A stretch of 64,000 nt of DNA from Macrostomum lignano (GCA_002269645.1 NIVC01002574.1:1-64000); one strand, 5' to 3'. Shown: positions 22,025 through 34,816, counted from the first letter of the stretch. Translations and numbers: made by a program. The notes: generated by a model from the letters alone, not told the origin.

Positions 22025-24470
22025 TCTTTGAGTCCGCTTCGGGATAAATCGTGCGCCGGCTGCTTTTTATAAGGTGCTATCGAAAGTGCTGGAGAAGATC
22101 AAGGGCGTCGTGCACTATATCGACGACATCGTGGTCAACTCAGCGACCAGAAGTGAGCACGATAAGGCTGTCCAGGCAGTCCTGGAGCGTCTCAAGAAGC
22201 GCAAATCACGCTGAACCTAGAGAGCTCTGAGTCAGTGGGCCAGAGACCGCGTGGAGTTCCTTGGCTGTGTTCTCAGCAGTGAGGGCCTCCGGCCGATCAC
22301 ATCCAACGTGGACGCCATCACAAACATCAAAAGTCCAAAGTGTCAGAAGGAAGTCCGGCCGTCTCGTTTCTTGACATGGTGAAGTTCTATGACCACTTAT
22401 TTGACAACCTGTCGACAGTGGCTCCGTTGCTGCAGCTACTGCGGAAGGACGCGCCATGGCAATGGACGGCGAAGCAGCAACAGGCATTTGAGTCTCTGAA
22501 GTCGATGATCGTGTCGCCACCATGCCTGAAGTTTTTCAACACCGAGCACCGCACGATCGTCGCCTGTGACAGCTCAGCTACAGCAATTGGCGCAGTCCTC
22601 GCCTAAGAAGACGAGCATGGCGCAACTGCCGCCCTGGCCTTCGCGTCAAGAACGCTGAACGCGGCAGAACGCACGTACTCGGCCTCCGAGCGCGAAGCTC
22701 TGGCGTGCATCTTCGCGTGCGAACGATGGAATTTCTTCCAATTCGGCCGAAATTCGAGTTGCAGACGGACCACCGGGCGTTGACTACTCTGCTGAGCACC
22801 CTCGGCACCGGGCACAGGCCGCTACGACTCCATCGCTGGGCAGACAGGCTGATGGCCTACGACTTCAGCATCAAGTACATCGCTGGGAAAAGCAACACCG
22901 TCCCAGACTTTCTGTCCCGATGCCAGCCCGATGAAGCTGAAGTCGACGACAACAGCCTGTCAACAACAGATTGTCTGACGACAATCAGGCTGTCAATGCG
23001 ATCCTCCTGTCTGGAGTACTCAACCTGGTGTCCGTGGAGCAGCTAGCAGCCGCAACCCGCGAAGACACCGTTCTGCAACAGGTGATCCAGATGGCCAGAA
23101 TCAAGCAAGCAACTGGAAGCGGAGCTGCTACCTTTCTGGAAGGTCCGCGGTGAGCTGTCAACGTGGAACAACGGCAGCTGCCTGGCCAAAGGCGCCAGGG
23201 CAGTCATTCCACTGGCGCTGCAAGAGACAGTGCTGAACCTGGCTCACTTCGGTCACCTTGGCATCAGCCGGACAAAGCAGCACTACCGAGAAGCTGTTTG
23301 GTGGCCGAACTTTGATCGAGGCGTCGAAGACTTCATCAAGAATTGCAAGCCATGTGCCGTGAGTGAAAAAACATTTAAGCCTCCAAGGGTGCTGCTCACA
23401 CCGACGAGATGGCCATCTCAGCCGTGGAGTGAGGTGCAAATTGACATCTTCGGAGAGCTGACGGCTCCGGCGCTGCAGACCTGTCGGTTTGTCCTGGCAG
23501 TTCACGATTTGCACTCCAAGTGACCAGAGTTCGCCTGCCTGCCATCTGTGACGGCATCGCAAGTCATCAGCGTCCTAAAGTCACTCTTCGCCAGATGGGG
23601 ACTCCCGAAGCTCATCAATACATAGGGACGGTAGACCGCAGTTCACGTCCACCGAGTTCGAGGAATTCTTCAAAGGCCACGGCATCGAGCACCGCAGGTC
23701 GCCAGCCAATTATCCTCAGGGGAATTCCGGCGTTGGGCGTCTGAACAGGTTCCTCAAGGAGGGGCTGAAGAGCCAACTGGCTGACGGCTAAGAGTTCAAG
23801 GACGCCATCTGGATGCTGCTGTAGTCCTACAGGGCGACTCCGCACGCGCTTGCTGGCGTCTCTCCAGCCGAGCTGAAATATGACGACCCCGCTCTCGAAG
23901 CTGAAGCCGAGCCAACGGAGAGTTCATCCAGCGGCCGCAGGCATCCGAGATCGACAGAGGCTGAACCTGGAGACTCGAAATCAAGGCCGGGTGCCGCCGC
24001 CGCAGTTCGCACCTGGTGAGAAAGTGCGCGTTCGACGGCCGCAGGCTCGCGGCAAGCTGGCCAGTCGGGTGTCCGAGCCAGGGACGGTCGCTGCGATGTG
24101 CAGCCCCACAATCTTCAAACTCGACGACGGCTCCCGCTGGCATGTTACAGCACTGATGCGGGCGCCAGGCGTCGGCGAAGGAGTCGCGAAGGCGTCGGCG
24201 AAGGAAAGAGCAGGACGATGCACGGGTAACTGACGGCCAGAGCACCGACCCACCCATCAACGCCGACGACCAAGGAGAGCCACCGGCAGTGAGGAGAGCG
24301 GCCGAACCACGGCGCCGCCAGACGGGTTCGGCAACCTGGTGACCTACTGAGTGAGGGTGATGGGTAGTGACAATGGACAATGGACTTTTGGGGGAGGGAA
24401 GGTGGATGTTGTGACTGCGTTGCTGTATAACGTACAAAGTGTCTGAGACATGCGTGTCCGCTGAGTCACA
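22025..24470 (+). mobile_element. Degenerate Gypsy LTR-retrotransposon pol (RT, RNase H, integrase) with PPT and the start of a 3' LTR
   Basis: YIDD RT motif; IVACDSS and ASRTL RNase H; TDHRAL; HFGHLG...WWP...CKPC integrase zinc finger; multiple frameshifts and stops. Purine tract GGGGGAGGGAAGG followed by TGTTGTG at 24407. Confidence 0.92.
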
Positions 24471-24602
24471 CAACCTTTAGACTCGCTCTGTCAGTTTGTA
24501 CCCGCGTTTCCCTGCTCCACCATCAATGTAAAGCAGGTGAGGATTGAGGAGGGCCAAGGGCCAGGAATTAAAATAGTGTGCTTTGCTTTGCTTTTCTGCC
24601 AA

Positions 24603-25245
24603 GGCGCTGGCGGGCAGGTAACGGAGCTTCCGCGCTGTCAGCAGTTCGTCTACCTCGGCGGTCTGGTACCTGACGTCCGCGAAGATTTGCGGCGTCGCCG
24701 CGGGCTCGCTTGGGCTGCCTTTCGCTCTGTGAGGGCGGTCCTGCAGTCCGAGGCCCTACCTGACCGCCAGAGGGCGGCGCTGTTCCAGGCGGTGGTCTAG
24801 ACCGTTCTGTTGTACAACGCCGAGACTTGGACGCTGACGGATTCGCTCGAACAGCAAGTCAACGCGGCGCACGCTGGCCTGCTGCGCGCCGCATTTATGA
24901 TCAGGGACGAGCGGATCACTAATGCGGCACTCTATCGCCGCGCCGGCCTGGCCCGTCCAAGTGAACTGCTGCGACTTCGGCGACTCCAGCTGGCAGGCCA
25001 CATCATCCGCGCCGAGTCCTACTGCCCGCAGCCGGTGCAGGAGGTGCTGCTGCTAACGCTGCAGGCACCCTACCGGCGCGGCCAGGCCCGAACTCGGCGT
25101 TACGTTGACTGCCTGCTGGCCGATGCTGGCGCCCCGGACTCTGCCGGCGGTGCGGCCTTTGTTCGCGTCCAGGCTCTGAAACGTGCCCTGTGACGCTGCT
25201 TTTTTCCACCTGACAGCGTACTTTGTTGTTGTTGTTGTTGTTTTG
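24603..25245 (+). mobile_element. 5'-truncated RTE-like LINE 3' end
   Basis: FVYLGG...AW.AF...LLYNAETWTLT...RRLQLAGHI C-terminal motifs, one internal stop at 24798, and a (GTT)n tail. Confidence 0.85.
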
Positions 25246-25694
25246 ATCCCGAATGGGGGACAAGGGTTGTTTCTTTGGAGACACAGTCAAAGAACCTGCC
25301 TCTCTTCCGAGTCTTCATTTTGTCCCCTGCACAGATAGAACAGCTCTCTCAAACCTCAATCCCATCTGACATTGTCCATCACTGTACGTTGTATTTTTAA
25401 GAAGTCATGAATTCATTTTTTATAATGGATCACTCCTACTAGCAAAATAGTATCATAGCCTCCACGTAAATGTCAACTACTAGCTGAGAAGAGCAAGTGC
25501 AATTGCAAAGGATAAATTTGTACTTTCTAGCTTAACCACTTACCTACGACAGAATACCTTCCCCACATCCCTACGCTCGTATCTTACCAGATCGGCAAGA
25601 CAATTTTGATTCTGCGCTGTATACTTTGAATTCCAAAACAGTTGCTACATTATGCACAAACAAGAAAACCCTTTCTCAACAGGAGAAGTGACAC

Positions 25695-25876
25695 CAGTAG
25701 CGCAACCAGAGATTTTTCAAGGGGGGGGGCGGATTCTGAGGGTAAAGTCCCGGGAGGGGGGGGCGGCGGAGGGGTGGCTCTGTTTTTGGCGAAAATTCGC
25801 TTGGTCCCCCCTTTGATTTTTTTTCGGTCCCCCGCCTAAGGGGGGGCGACCGCCCCCCCCCCTGGTTGACACCTTT
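25695..25876. mobile_element. Short GC-rich element, related to 34213-34380
   Basis: Shares GCGCAACCAG...GCGGATTCT...TTTTGGCGAA...GCTTGGTCC with the 34.2 kb copy. Confidence 0.55.
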
Positions 25877-25984
25877 GATTGGAGAATTGTCTATGGCCAA
25901 GCTAGAAAAAGTCAAGAGAGAGAAAATACATGCAGGCATGAAAATTTAACTGAAAGAATTTTTTCACGTGCCTCCTTAGCTTAA

Positions 25985-26429
25985 CATATGGGAGGTGTAC
26001 GTGGATCGGATGGATGCCGCAGCCCAGCCTTACAGCGCATGTCGCCGAACACACAAATGGTTCGTAAAGCTGGTGGTATTTCTGCTACAGCAACTGGTTC
26101 GCAACATCTAGGAAAGAAAGCATCTAGGTGGATCGATGAGCTTTCTCAACTACACTGAAAGGTGTGTAAAGCACTTGATTGAAAGCAGCGGAAATGGTCG
26201 ATCCAGAGTTAAGCGTCGGGCTCTTCCCCGTCAGTCAGGCGACATCCATCATCACCGGCTGGAAAAGCTACCTGCTACCGCAGTACAAGAACGGCATACC
26301 AAGCGTAGCCGAGTTTTTTACCAGCGCAGGCTGAAAAAGCGGACCCTTCTGTACCTCTGCCAAAGCTGTGACGGTCAGCCTGAGCTTTGCCTGAAGCCGT
26401 GCTTCTTTGAATGGCGCTCGGCTAACTGA
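25985..26429 (+). mobile_element. piggyBac transposase C-terminal remnant (pseudogene)
   Basis: MGG.VDRMD...RRTHKWFVKLVVFLLQ followed by the Cys-rich tail YLCQSCDGQPELCLKPCFFEW; frameshift and stop present. Confidence 0.8.
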
Positions 26430-26886
26430 TTGTTGAAACCTACTTTTCATTCACTTACACGCAACTTCATCTGCCCGTATGTTCTTAATATTTACTCTTG
26501 TTAGTGCCCACTGCCCACCCCAGAAGACGAACGCAGCAAGCTCAAGAGCAGCAAATGGCGCAGGAACAGCGAGGAGGTCAGGGAAGGCTGCCATGCACTC
26601 CCCCCCCGTATATTTCAGACCGATTACGAGAAAATATTCAAGCAATATTGACAACAGTTAGAACGGATCAAAGCAGGATTAAAAGAGTGACAGGATACGA
26701 AAAAAAATTTTTTTCAATTGCAATGCGACAGCGAGGCCAAAGAGCCAACCGCGGGGGATAAAAAAAACCCCGCCACGCAACCCCCCCCCCCCAACACCGG
26801 GGGTGGGGGGAAGCCGCGGGGGAGGGGCAGGGGTGGGCAGCGTACACAAACGCCAGTTAGCGCAGCCCGCGCAAACTAGCCATACC

Positions 26887-28062
26887 CATGGATGAATGAA
26901 TAGAATGGATTGCTATTCTGGCTCTGGCTATTTTCGTTTTTGACTCTTTTGCATCCGGTTCCCCCCGTGCCTTTTCATTGGTTGATGATTGCCATAGACA
27001 ATTTTCGGCCTTCGCCCCTTTCTTTCGATGCACAAGCGCAAAGAACTGAGAATGTCAGTTACTTGCAGAGAATATCGAGCGCTCGATATTCTCTGGTTAC
27101 TTGTTTGTCAATTGAAGTTGTTAATTGAAGCAGAGGAATGATAACAAATCCCCTGCAAATTACAACAGTAATGATTTCAGATTTTCATGTCGAGGGTGAT
27201 GATGAGGGTGCGATGACAATGCTACAATAATGGATTACTGGCGATGCTTTATCTGAATTTTACTATTGGAGTTATGAAATTGGTTTTAAAGTTCTATTTC
27301 AACACAAGTAACTTCTATTTCGCCCATCATCATCATCGAGGGAGTACCTTTGTGTGTGCATCACGCATCAAAACTTGTGGTACACGATTCTATTAACGTA
27401 CATGACAACACAGACTGTTAGAATGGTGAAATTGAGTGAAATTGGAACAGGAAAACAACACACATATACGATACCAGTAACGATGAGAACAGACTGTTAG
27501 AATGATTAAATCATATGAAATTAGAGTCGGAACACTACAGCCCAATGTTAGGAGCACAGGACAATCTTTAGCTGTTACTGGCCGAGAAAGAGAATACTGA
27601 GCTCTTTGTCAAGACAAACTGCGGTGCCATCTTCACATTGCTCATCCATTCGGTCAGTTGAAGTGGAGATTTGACAGGAAAAGAAAAGAAGCTGATATTC
27701 ACTCCAGTGTCGTCCCGCATCCCTGACTTGGATAGACATCCTAGTGCAGCACAGTAGCGCTTTGAGCCATTAGGCATGGTAGTGATAAAAGTAAAATAAG
27801 CAGTGAGTAAACAACAACAACAAGCGCAAAGAACTGATTTTATTGTAGACGAATCGACTCTCGAATCGTGCTTGTAGGTCTTCCCCTTTATTTCAAAACA
27901 CGAGCGAAAGCGCTTGTGCATCGAAAGAAAGGGGCGAAGGCCGAAAATTGTCTATGGCAATCATCAACCAATGAAAAGGCACGGGGGGAACCGGATGCAA
28001 AAGAGTCAAAAACGAAAATAGCCAGAGCCAGAATAGCAATCCATTCTATTCATTCATCCATG
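26887..28062 (-). mobile_element. Non-autonomous P-superfamily DNA transposon (1176 bp)
   Basis: CATG termini; 153-bp TIRs at 26887-27039 and 27910-28062; 8-bp TSD GCCATACC at 26879-26886 and 28063-28070; internal THAP remnant. Confidence 0.9.
27568..27777 (-). pseudogene. THAP domain N-terminal part (truncated transposase)
   Basis: MPNGSKRYCAALGC...ISFFSFP...EWMSNV; no C-terminal CxxHF is visible in frame. Confidence 0.75.
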
Positions 28063-28249
28063 GCCATACCTGCAATGTATGCCATTTCCTATTGACACAT
28101 GGCCAAGCATTCTTAAATTGCTGACACTATTCATTGTCTATGGCCAAAAAGCAATCCTTCACCAATAACGCGACTGTGCTGTAAATTCCAAGCCGTGCTG
28201 TAAATTCCAAGCCGTGCTGTAAATTCCCGCACGTATTCAACTTATTAAA

Positions 28250-29750
28250 TTTATTTAATTCTACCTGAGCTACTGGTCTAATTCTACCTGAGCTAATGAG
28301 CTATTCCTGCCTAAGCTACTGTCTCAGTACCTGAGCTACTGACCCAATTCTACCTGAGCTACTGATCTAATTCTACCTGAGCTACTGAGAAAATTCTACC
28401 TGAGCCACTGACCCAATTCTACCTGAGCTACTGGTCTAATTCTACCTGAGCTAATGAGCTAATCCTGCCTAAGCTACTGTCTCAGTACCTGAGCTACTGA
28501 CCCAATTCTACCTGAGCTACTGAGAAAATTCTACCTGAGCTACTGACCCAATTCTACCTAAACTACTGGTTTAATTCTATCTGAGCTACTGACCCAATTC
28601 TATCTGAGCTACTGACCCAATTCTACCTGAGCTACTGAGAAAATTCTACCTGAGCCACTGACCCAATTCTACCTGAGCTACTGGTCTAATTCTACCTGAG
28701 CTAATGAGCTAATCCTGCCTAAGCTACTGTCTCAGTACCTGAGCTACTGACCCAATTATACCTGAGCTACTGAGAAAATTCTACCTGAGCTACTGACCCA
28801 ATTCTACCTAAACTACTGGTTTAATTCTATCTGAGCTACTGACCCAATTCTACCTGAGCTACTGAGAAAATTCTACCTGAGCCACTGACCCAATTCTACC
28901 TGAGCTACTGGTCTAATTCTACCTGAGCTAATGAGCTAATCCTGCCTAAGCTACTGTCTCAGTACCTGAGCTACTGACCCAATTCTACCTGAGCTACTGA
29001 GAAAATTCTACCTGAGCTACTGACCCAATTCTACCTAAACTACTGGTTTAATTCTATCTGAGCTACTGACCCAATTCTACCTGAGCTACTGAGAAAATTC
29101 TACCTGAGCTACTGACCCAATTCTACCTAAACTACTGGTTTAATTCTATCTGAGCTACTGAGAAAATTCTACCTGAGCTACTGAACCAATTCTACCTGAG
29201 CTACTGGTCCAATTCTACCTGAGCTACTGAACCAATTCTACCTGAGCTACTGGTCCAATTCTACCTGAGCTACTGAACCAATTCTACCTGAGCTACTGGT
29301 CCAATTCTACCTGAGCTACTGACCCAATTCTACCTAAACTACTGGTTTAATTCTATCTGAGCTACTGACCCAATTCTACCTGAGCTACTGAACCAATTCT
29401 ACCTGAGCTACTGGTCCAATTCTACCTGAGCTACTGACCCAATTCTACCTAAACTACTGGTTTAATTCTATCTGAGCTACTGACCCAATTCTACCTGAGC
29501 TACTGAACCAATTCTACCTGAGCTACTGGTCCAATTCTACCTGAGCTACTGGTCCAATTCTACCTGAGCTACTGGTCCAATTCTACCTGAGCTACTGACC
29601 CAATTCTACCTGAGCTACTGAACCAATTCTACCTGAGCTACTGACCCAATTCTACCTGAGCTACTGACCCAATTCTACCTGAGCTACTGAACCAATTCTA
29701 CCTGAGCTACTGAACCAATTCTACCTGAGCTACTGAACTAATTCTATCAG
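28250..29750. repeat. 23-bp satellite AATTCTACCTGAGCTACTGACCC with irregular higher-order structure
   Basis: About 65 units; variant blocks (GAGCTAATGAGCTAATCCTGCCTAAG) recur in the 5' half. Confidence 0.97.
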
Positions 29751-30084
29751 CCGAGGTACCGAAATTTAGGACTGAAACTTACATGTTCGCAGGCAAAAAT
29801 ATTTTCCATTGCTGTTGTCACTTAATTAAAATAAATTATAAAGCCCTCTTATCCCTCTTATAGTCCATGCGTGCGGTAAATTCCAATCTATCTATCTATG
29901 GCTAAAACCAGAAGAATGCTTTGCCAAGACTATTTACGCACTCGAAACCTAGAGATAAATCTACCAATGTTTCACGCTCCAAATATGTCTATGGCCCAAA
30001 GATCTGGGCAGTTTAGAGCAGTGAAGAGACGGGCAAGGCCAAGCCAAGCGAGGTCAGCGAGTTTGCGGCCAAAAAGCTGTCATC

Positions 30085-31623
30085 ATGATTTACGAAGCAT
30101 CAACGGGCGAGCCTATTGGATTGCTGCATATGTCGCAAGGAGATGTCGTTGGTTTGTCGTCTTCTGAGATTGACGAGCGAATCTGGCGGGAGGCGACTAT
30201 GCAAGGCATGCTGGACGATCTGGCTCAGTTGGATGTGAATGAAATCAAGGTGCTGTTAGCTGGTCAAGATCCGGAACGAGACTTGCTCAGGGAGATGGAT
30301 GTAATGCAACTCGACACTACGCCAAAGTCAGCTCTGTTGCAAGAAAAGTGGGCACTTCGTAAGTTCAACGAGGTGCTTTCAAGCGAGAACTACGCCTGCG
30401 ATCTGAATACAGCCGATATCGAACAGTTAGTCACTGGCTTGCGAATCTTCTATGTTAGCTGGTCAGTTTAGAGTGAAGAGTTCTACTATGCTTTTGTTCG
30501 TAAAATTGACGGTGGCTTCTATGCGCCTGCTTCGTTGATTACCGCTCGAGCTGGTGTTTTCCGCTATTTGCTGCGTGTCCGTGACGTTAATATTATCGAG
30601 GATCCGCGCTTTGCAAAGGCCAACATGCAATTGAAGGCTACAGCCGCCATGTTCATCAGATCAGGCGGCACCGTCAGATAGTTCTGCGCCTTGGAGACAG
30701 AGGATCTAGAAAAGCTGCGCCGCTACTTCGATCGAAGTAGCCCGACCATTTTGCAGCAGGAGGTCTACTATGTATTAGCCTTGCAGTTTGGCTTGCGTGG
30801 ACGCGAATGGTTCCGTAAGCTAACTACGGATTCTATTGAGAGATGCAACATCAATGGGCGACGCACATTCAGGCTGGCATCAATGGAAACCAAGACTGTT
30901 CGAGGAAGTTTAAAAGCGCGGACCTCAGAAGATAGGAAGCAGAGTGCGATTGTCGAAACCTTTGAAATAGGATGCCCCTACGAGTGTGTTGAGCTTTACC
31001 TGAGCAGGATCGAAGAGGCCAAGAGAAAAGAGGGAGTGTCGAGCTCCGTTGTGTTCATACGTCCCCGAGTACGCGGCTTTGCAGAGTCGTGGTATTTTGC
31101 TAAGCAGGTTGTAGGCGTCAAGACTCTTGGGAACATGATGAGTGGCATCTCCAAAGCGGCTAATTTGAGCAAGATTTATACTGGCCACTGTCTAAGAGTC
31201 ACCCTGGCAACCGAGTTGAGTGCAGCTGGAGTGTCCCTGAGGGATATCAGCGCTGTAACGGGACACAAAACTGAAACAGCTGCACAAAGGTACATTCGGA
31301 ACAGCAGAAAGCGTGACGGAGAGATGGCTGGGCTGTCTGTAAGGATCAGTTCCATCGGCGAGGAAAAGAGCGCAAGGATAGAGATCCCGCACGACGAGGT
31401 GCGTGTGCCGACGCCCGGCTCAGAGGTAACGGCTGATGCGTTGCTACCGGAGACCAGTGCTCAGGCCGATGTGCGACAGCAATCATCTACAGCCACGAGG
31501 GCTAGAACGGCAGATGCAAACGTTGGCTACAGCTATATCGGGCACATTCAACAACTGCCAATTCCACGTGCATATTTCGAACATGCCTTGATCCGGCGTA
31601 CAGCTTGGACCGATTTATACTAA
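30085..31623 (+). mobile_element. Crypton-type tyrosine recombinase gene, interrupted by two in-frame TAG stops
   Basis: One frame with stops at 30469 and 30679. RKIDGGFYAPASL; catalytic set FGLRG (R), TKT (K), HCLR (H-x-x-R), TGH (H) and QRY (Y). Confidence 0.85.
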
Positions 31624-31681
31624 ATCCGTTGATTGTTTTGTTCATATTAGGTTTTTATAAATGTTACAAACTTGTTTTCTC

Positions 31682-34211
31682 ATATTAAGTTTTTATAATG
31701 TTCAACTGCTAAATATAGCATTAAGTAGTTAGTTCAGACGTTGGCTTCGGCCAGACATTCAAAGCGTGCAACAATCTGGCTTGATTGCTATACCCCTAAA
31801 AACCCCTCCAAAATGATACAATGCGTTATGGCTCTATTTCTAGCATACCTATGGTGTTTGGTAGCTAAATAAGAATTAATTCAGACAGTTATTTTCTTCA
31901 CCGAATTACTTCATCAAATATTGTTTGCTGTCACGCTGATCGATCGCTGCAGCAGATACATGCATTTAGAACACGCAAATTTGAATGTTTGAATTTCAAT
32001 ATATAGAGTACAATTCTTTATCACCAGGCTGGAGTTGATCGTCGTTTGTGTAGGCAGCGCCTACTATCATTGGCGTTGGGTTGTTTGTTAGCGGCTGCGC
32101 CGCGTGACTCAATCGCTATATATACATATATATATCTTCCCCCTGCGCAAGTACAATATCAAATGTGCATGATGCGACTTTAGCCACCACCCTGACTCAG
32201 TTCAATTCAGCCAATAAAATATACTGATCGCTATTATTCTCGCCTGCAAGCTTTCGGCAACTATCGACAACAAGCGTGCAGTCTAGTCTCGTTTCACTCG
32301 CTACAGTGGCATGGCAAAGCAACCGCACCCAACGCGGAATGGTCACAAATTACATCGCTCTAACGCCTCCTGAATACATTTGTCATCTCCGACGAACCTC
32401 ACAATGCTGGCAAGCGCTGTCATGAATAGGCAGTGCGCTTCACAGACTTTATCAAGGCGTCCGGAGTTGCAAATGAGAACCAGAAGTGCAAGCTGCTCTG
32501 CTACACTGCCGGAAAGGAGCTCTCGGGCATCGTTCGCGAGCTGCCAAAGCTTTGGGTTGTAGGTGAACAGGAGGAGCACACACGGGTCAGCATATTTGAT
32601 GGACTGAAGCGCCATTTCGACGACAGGAAAACATCGTTTTCGAGAGATACCAATGTTCTCTAAAGCGTCCAACAATAATCGGCCGTGAAAAATCGAGGCA
32701 GCTGCATGGTACAGCAGACTGCGGACGGCAGCCGAACCTTGCGAATTTAATTCACTCAGCTCGTCGCGACATGCACCTCCGACAAACTGCGCAGACGACC
32801 ACATGTACTCCAAGAAGCAGACGTCACGTACGTTGGACGATGCCCTGCGGAAGGCCAGAGCATTCGAATCTGCGGAAGAGCAGGCTGCTGAGATGAAGAA
32901 GACCCCCGACGCCTAGGTACAAATGTAGGTAGCGTAGCCAGGAGCAGCAAAGCAGCGACAGGCAGACGCGGATCCGCCAGCAAACCGAGATCAAAGCCGA
33001 GCCAGTTGCCGACCTGCTACCGCTGCGGCGAGCGCGGCCACGCCACCTGCGACGCAGCCATATGCAGGGGCAATATCTGCAACAACTGCGATAAGCCAAA
33101 TCAACATGGCCAAGGCGTGTCGTCAACCGCACTCAGCCGGCAGCAGAGTCCCGCAGCAGATCCACGTCAACGCAGACTGCACGGTCCCCGACGCTGTCGC
33201 CAGCGAAGACCTGTTCACCCTGCACAGAGACGGCACCTTCCCGGGTGAGGAAGTGGGAAGTCGGTAGCTCTCGATGCTGATCGACAGCGGCGCCAGCTGC
33301 AGCATACATGTAATGAGCAGCCGCACTTTTAAGACGCTCAATTGGCCTCACCTGCGAGCTCCATTGTCGGAAGTCAGAGCCTACAGAGCTCTGTGCACCA
33401 CTCAATATTTTAGGAATCGCCGACCTGGAAGTTCAAGTCGGAGCAGCCAGTACCGTCGTCCCCTTCCACATCATGGATGGCGATGGTCGCACAATACTCG
33501 GTTGCAATCCCGCATTCAGGCTCGGAGATCTCAAAACTCAGTACCCGGAGTTCAGTGGACGCCAATTAAGCAGCACCTGCACCACGACAGACTAGACGCC
33601 TGTCTTCACCACCTCCGCGAATTCAGCAGCGTCACGCTGAACAAGGACAAGTGTAAGTTCGCCAAACCGGGGGTCGAATTTCTCGGGATGCACCTGTCAG
33701 ACAAGGGCATCCAACCAGCTGCTGAGAAAATTTGCGCAATTGTTCATTCTTTTGATTGACCATAGACAAATTTGAAGTCGAAGGGAAAGCGATTTTAGAC
33801 AGAATCATGTCTTACTTAACCAGATGGAATACATGTATGTCATAGCGAAGAAACTGCTTGTATATCATTCTGCGTCACAACGGAAGGAAACAAATGAAGT
33901 ATTGTTGCACGCTCAGACTACTTTATTGTTGCACGCTCCAAATGTCTATGGGTAATAGCTGCGCCCAAAATAATACAATGCCAGTGGAGAATGGCTATAT
34001 CGTGCACCAATGTTTTTGACCGAGGGCGCGCAGCTACTAGCTAAAACAGCTAAAACAGTTACTACATCATTGTATCATTTTGGAGGGGTTTTTAGGGGTA
34101 TAGCAATCAAGCCAGATTGTTGCACGCTTTGAATGTCTATGGCCGAAGCCAACGTCTGAGCTAACTACTTAATGCTATATTTAGCAGTTGAACATTATAA
34201 AAACTTAATAT
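31682..34211. mobile_element. About 2.5-kb unit bounded by about 143-bp inverted repeats, unclassified
   Basis: 31682-31824 is the reverse complement of about 34068-34211, with one substitution and a 2-bp indel. Confidence 0.8.
32049..33757 (+). mobile_element. Truncated Gypsy element: 5' LTR (about 32049-32305), gag, protease and an RT fragment
   Basis: LTR TGTAG...CTACA with TATA-like and AATAAA motifs; gag FVISDEP.NAG..RFTDFIKASG; zinc knuckle CYRCGERGH; protease LIDSGAS; TLNKDKCKF...EFLG; no 3' LTR. Confidence 0.85.
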
Positions 34212-34212
34212 A

Positions 34213-34380
34213 TGGCGCAACCAGAAATTTGGGAGCGGATTCTAAAGAGGGTAAAAGAACCAAAAGGACCGGGGGCGGAGGGGATGGCTCTAAATTTTGG
34301 CGAATATGCGCTTGGTCCGCCTTTCATTTTTCAGGTCTCCGCCAAAAAGGTGGCGGTCCCCGCCCCTCCTAGTTGCGCCA
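34213..34380. mobile_element. Short GC-rich TIR element
   Basis: TGGCGCAAC...GTTGCGCCA termini; related to 25695-25876. Confidence 0.6.
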
Positions 34381-34550
34381 CAGCATTAAAGGGATTAAAG
34401 AGTAATGTATTCAAGGTAAACGCAATGTCAAGATTACGTTTAGATTTACTTTTTGGAAAATCGTTTACTACGACTACGAGCAATATTTAAAATATTTCAA
34501 GACATTTTGATCAAAACGAAATCCATGATATATATAGGAGGACTTCAGTG

Positions 34551-34816
34551 GGCCTTTTCATATTGCTTGCTCTGGTTCCAGAACCAGAACCAATTAGTGA
34601 AGTATAACTTTTTGTCTCCATAACTAGACGGAGATACGTACTATAAAGTTTTTATTATTGAATGACAATGGCCAAGAAGAAAGTGAAAAATTGTGCTAAG
34701 TTAGGTTGTTAAGGCAGTCAAATATTAACAGAGTTTAAATGTTTAATAGTTATACTGCTGTTTTTCTTGGAATTCCGAACCGATTCTGGTTCTGGAATTG
34801 GTAATATGAAAAGGCC
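34551..34816. mobile_element. 266-bp MITE-like element with GGCCTTTTCATATT inverted termini
   Basis: The inverted termini continue into CTGGTTCCAGAACCAGAA / TTCTGGTTCTGGAA; CAGTG direct repeats flank both ends. Confidence 0.5.

Noticed and set aside
30691-31623. Phage integrase or bacterial contamination/HGT
   Set aside because: The upstream RKxDGxxY motif and eukaryotic TE context fit Crypton; there are no prokaryotic neighbours.
30085-34211. DIRS/Ngaro retrotransposon (YR, gag and inverted repeats)
   Set aside because: The gag is followed by an aspartic protease and preceded by a TG...CA LTR, which is Gypsy. The YR resembles the Crypton/DUF3504 type and lies outside the inverted repeats.
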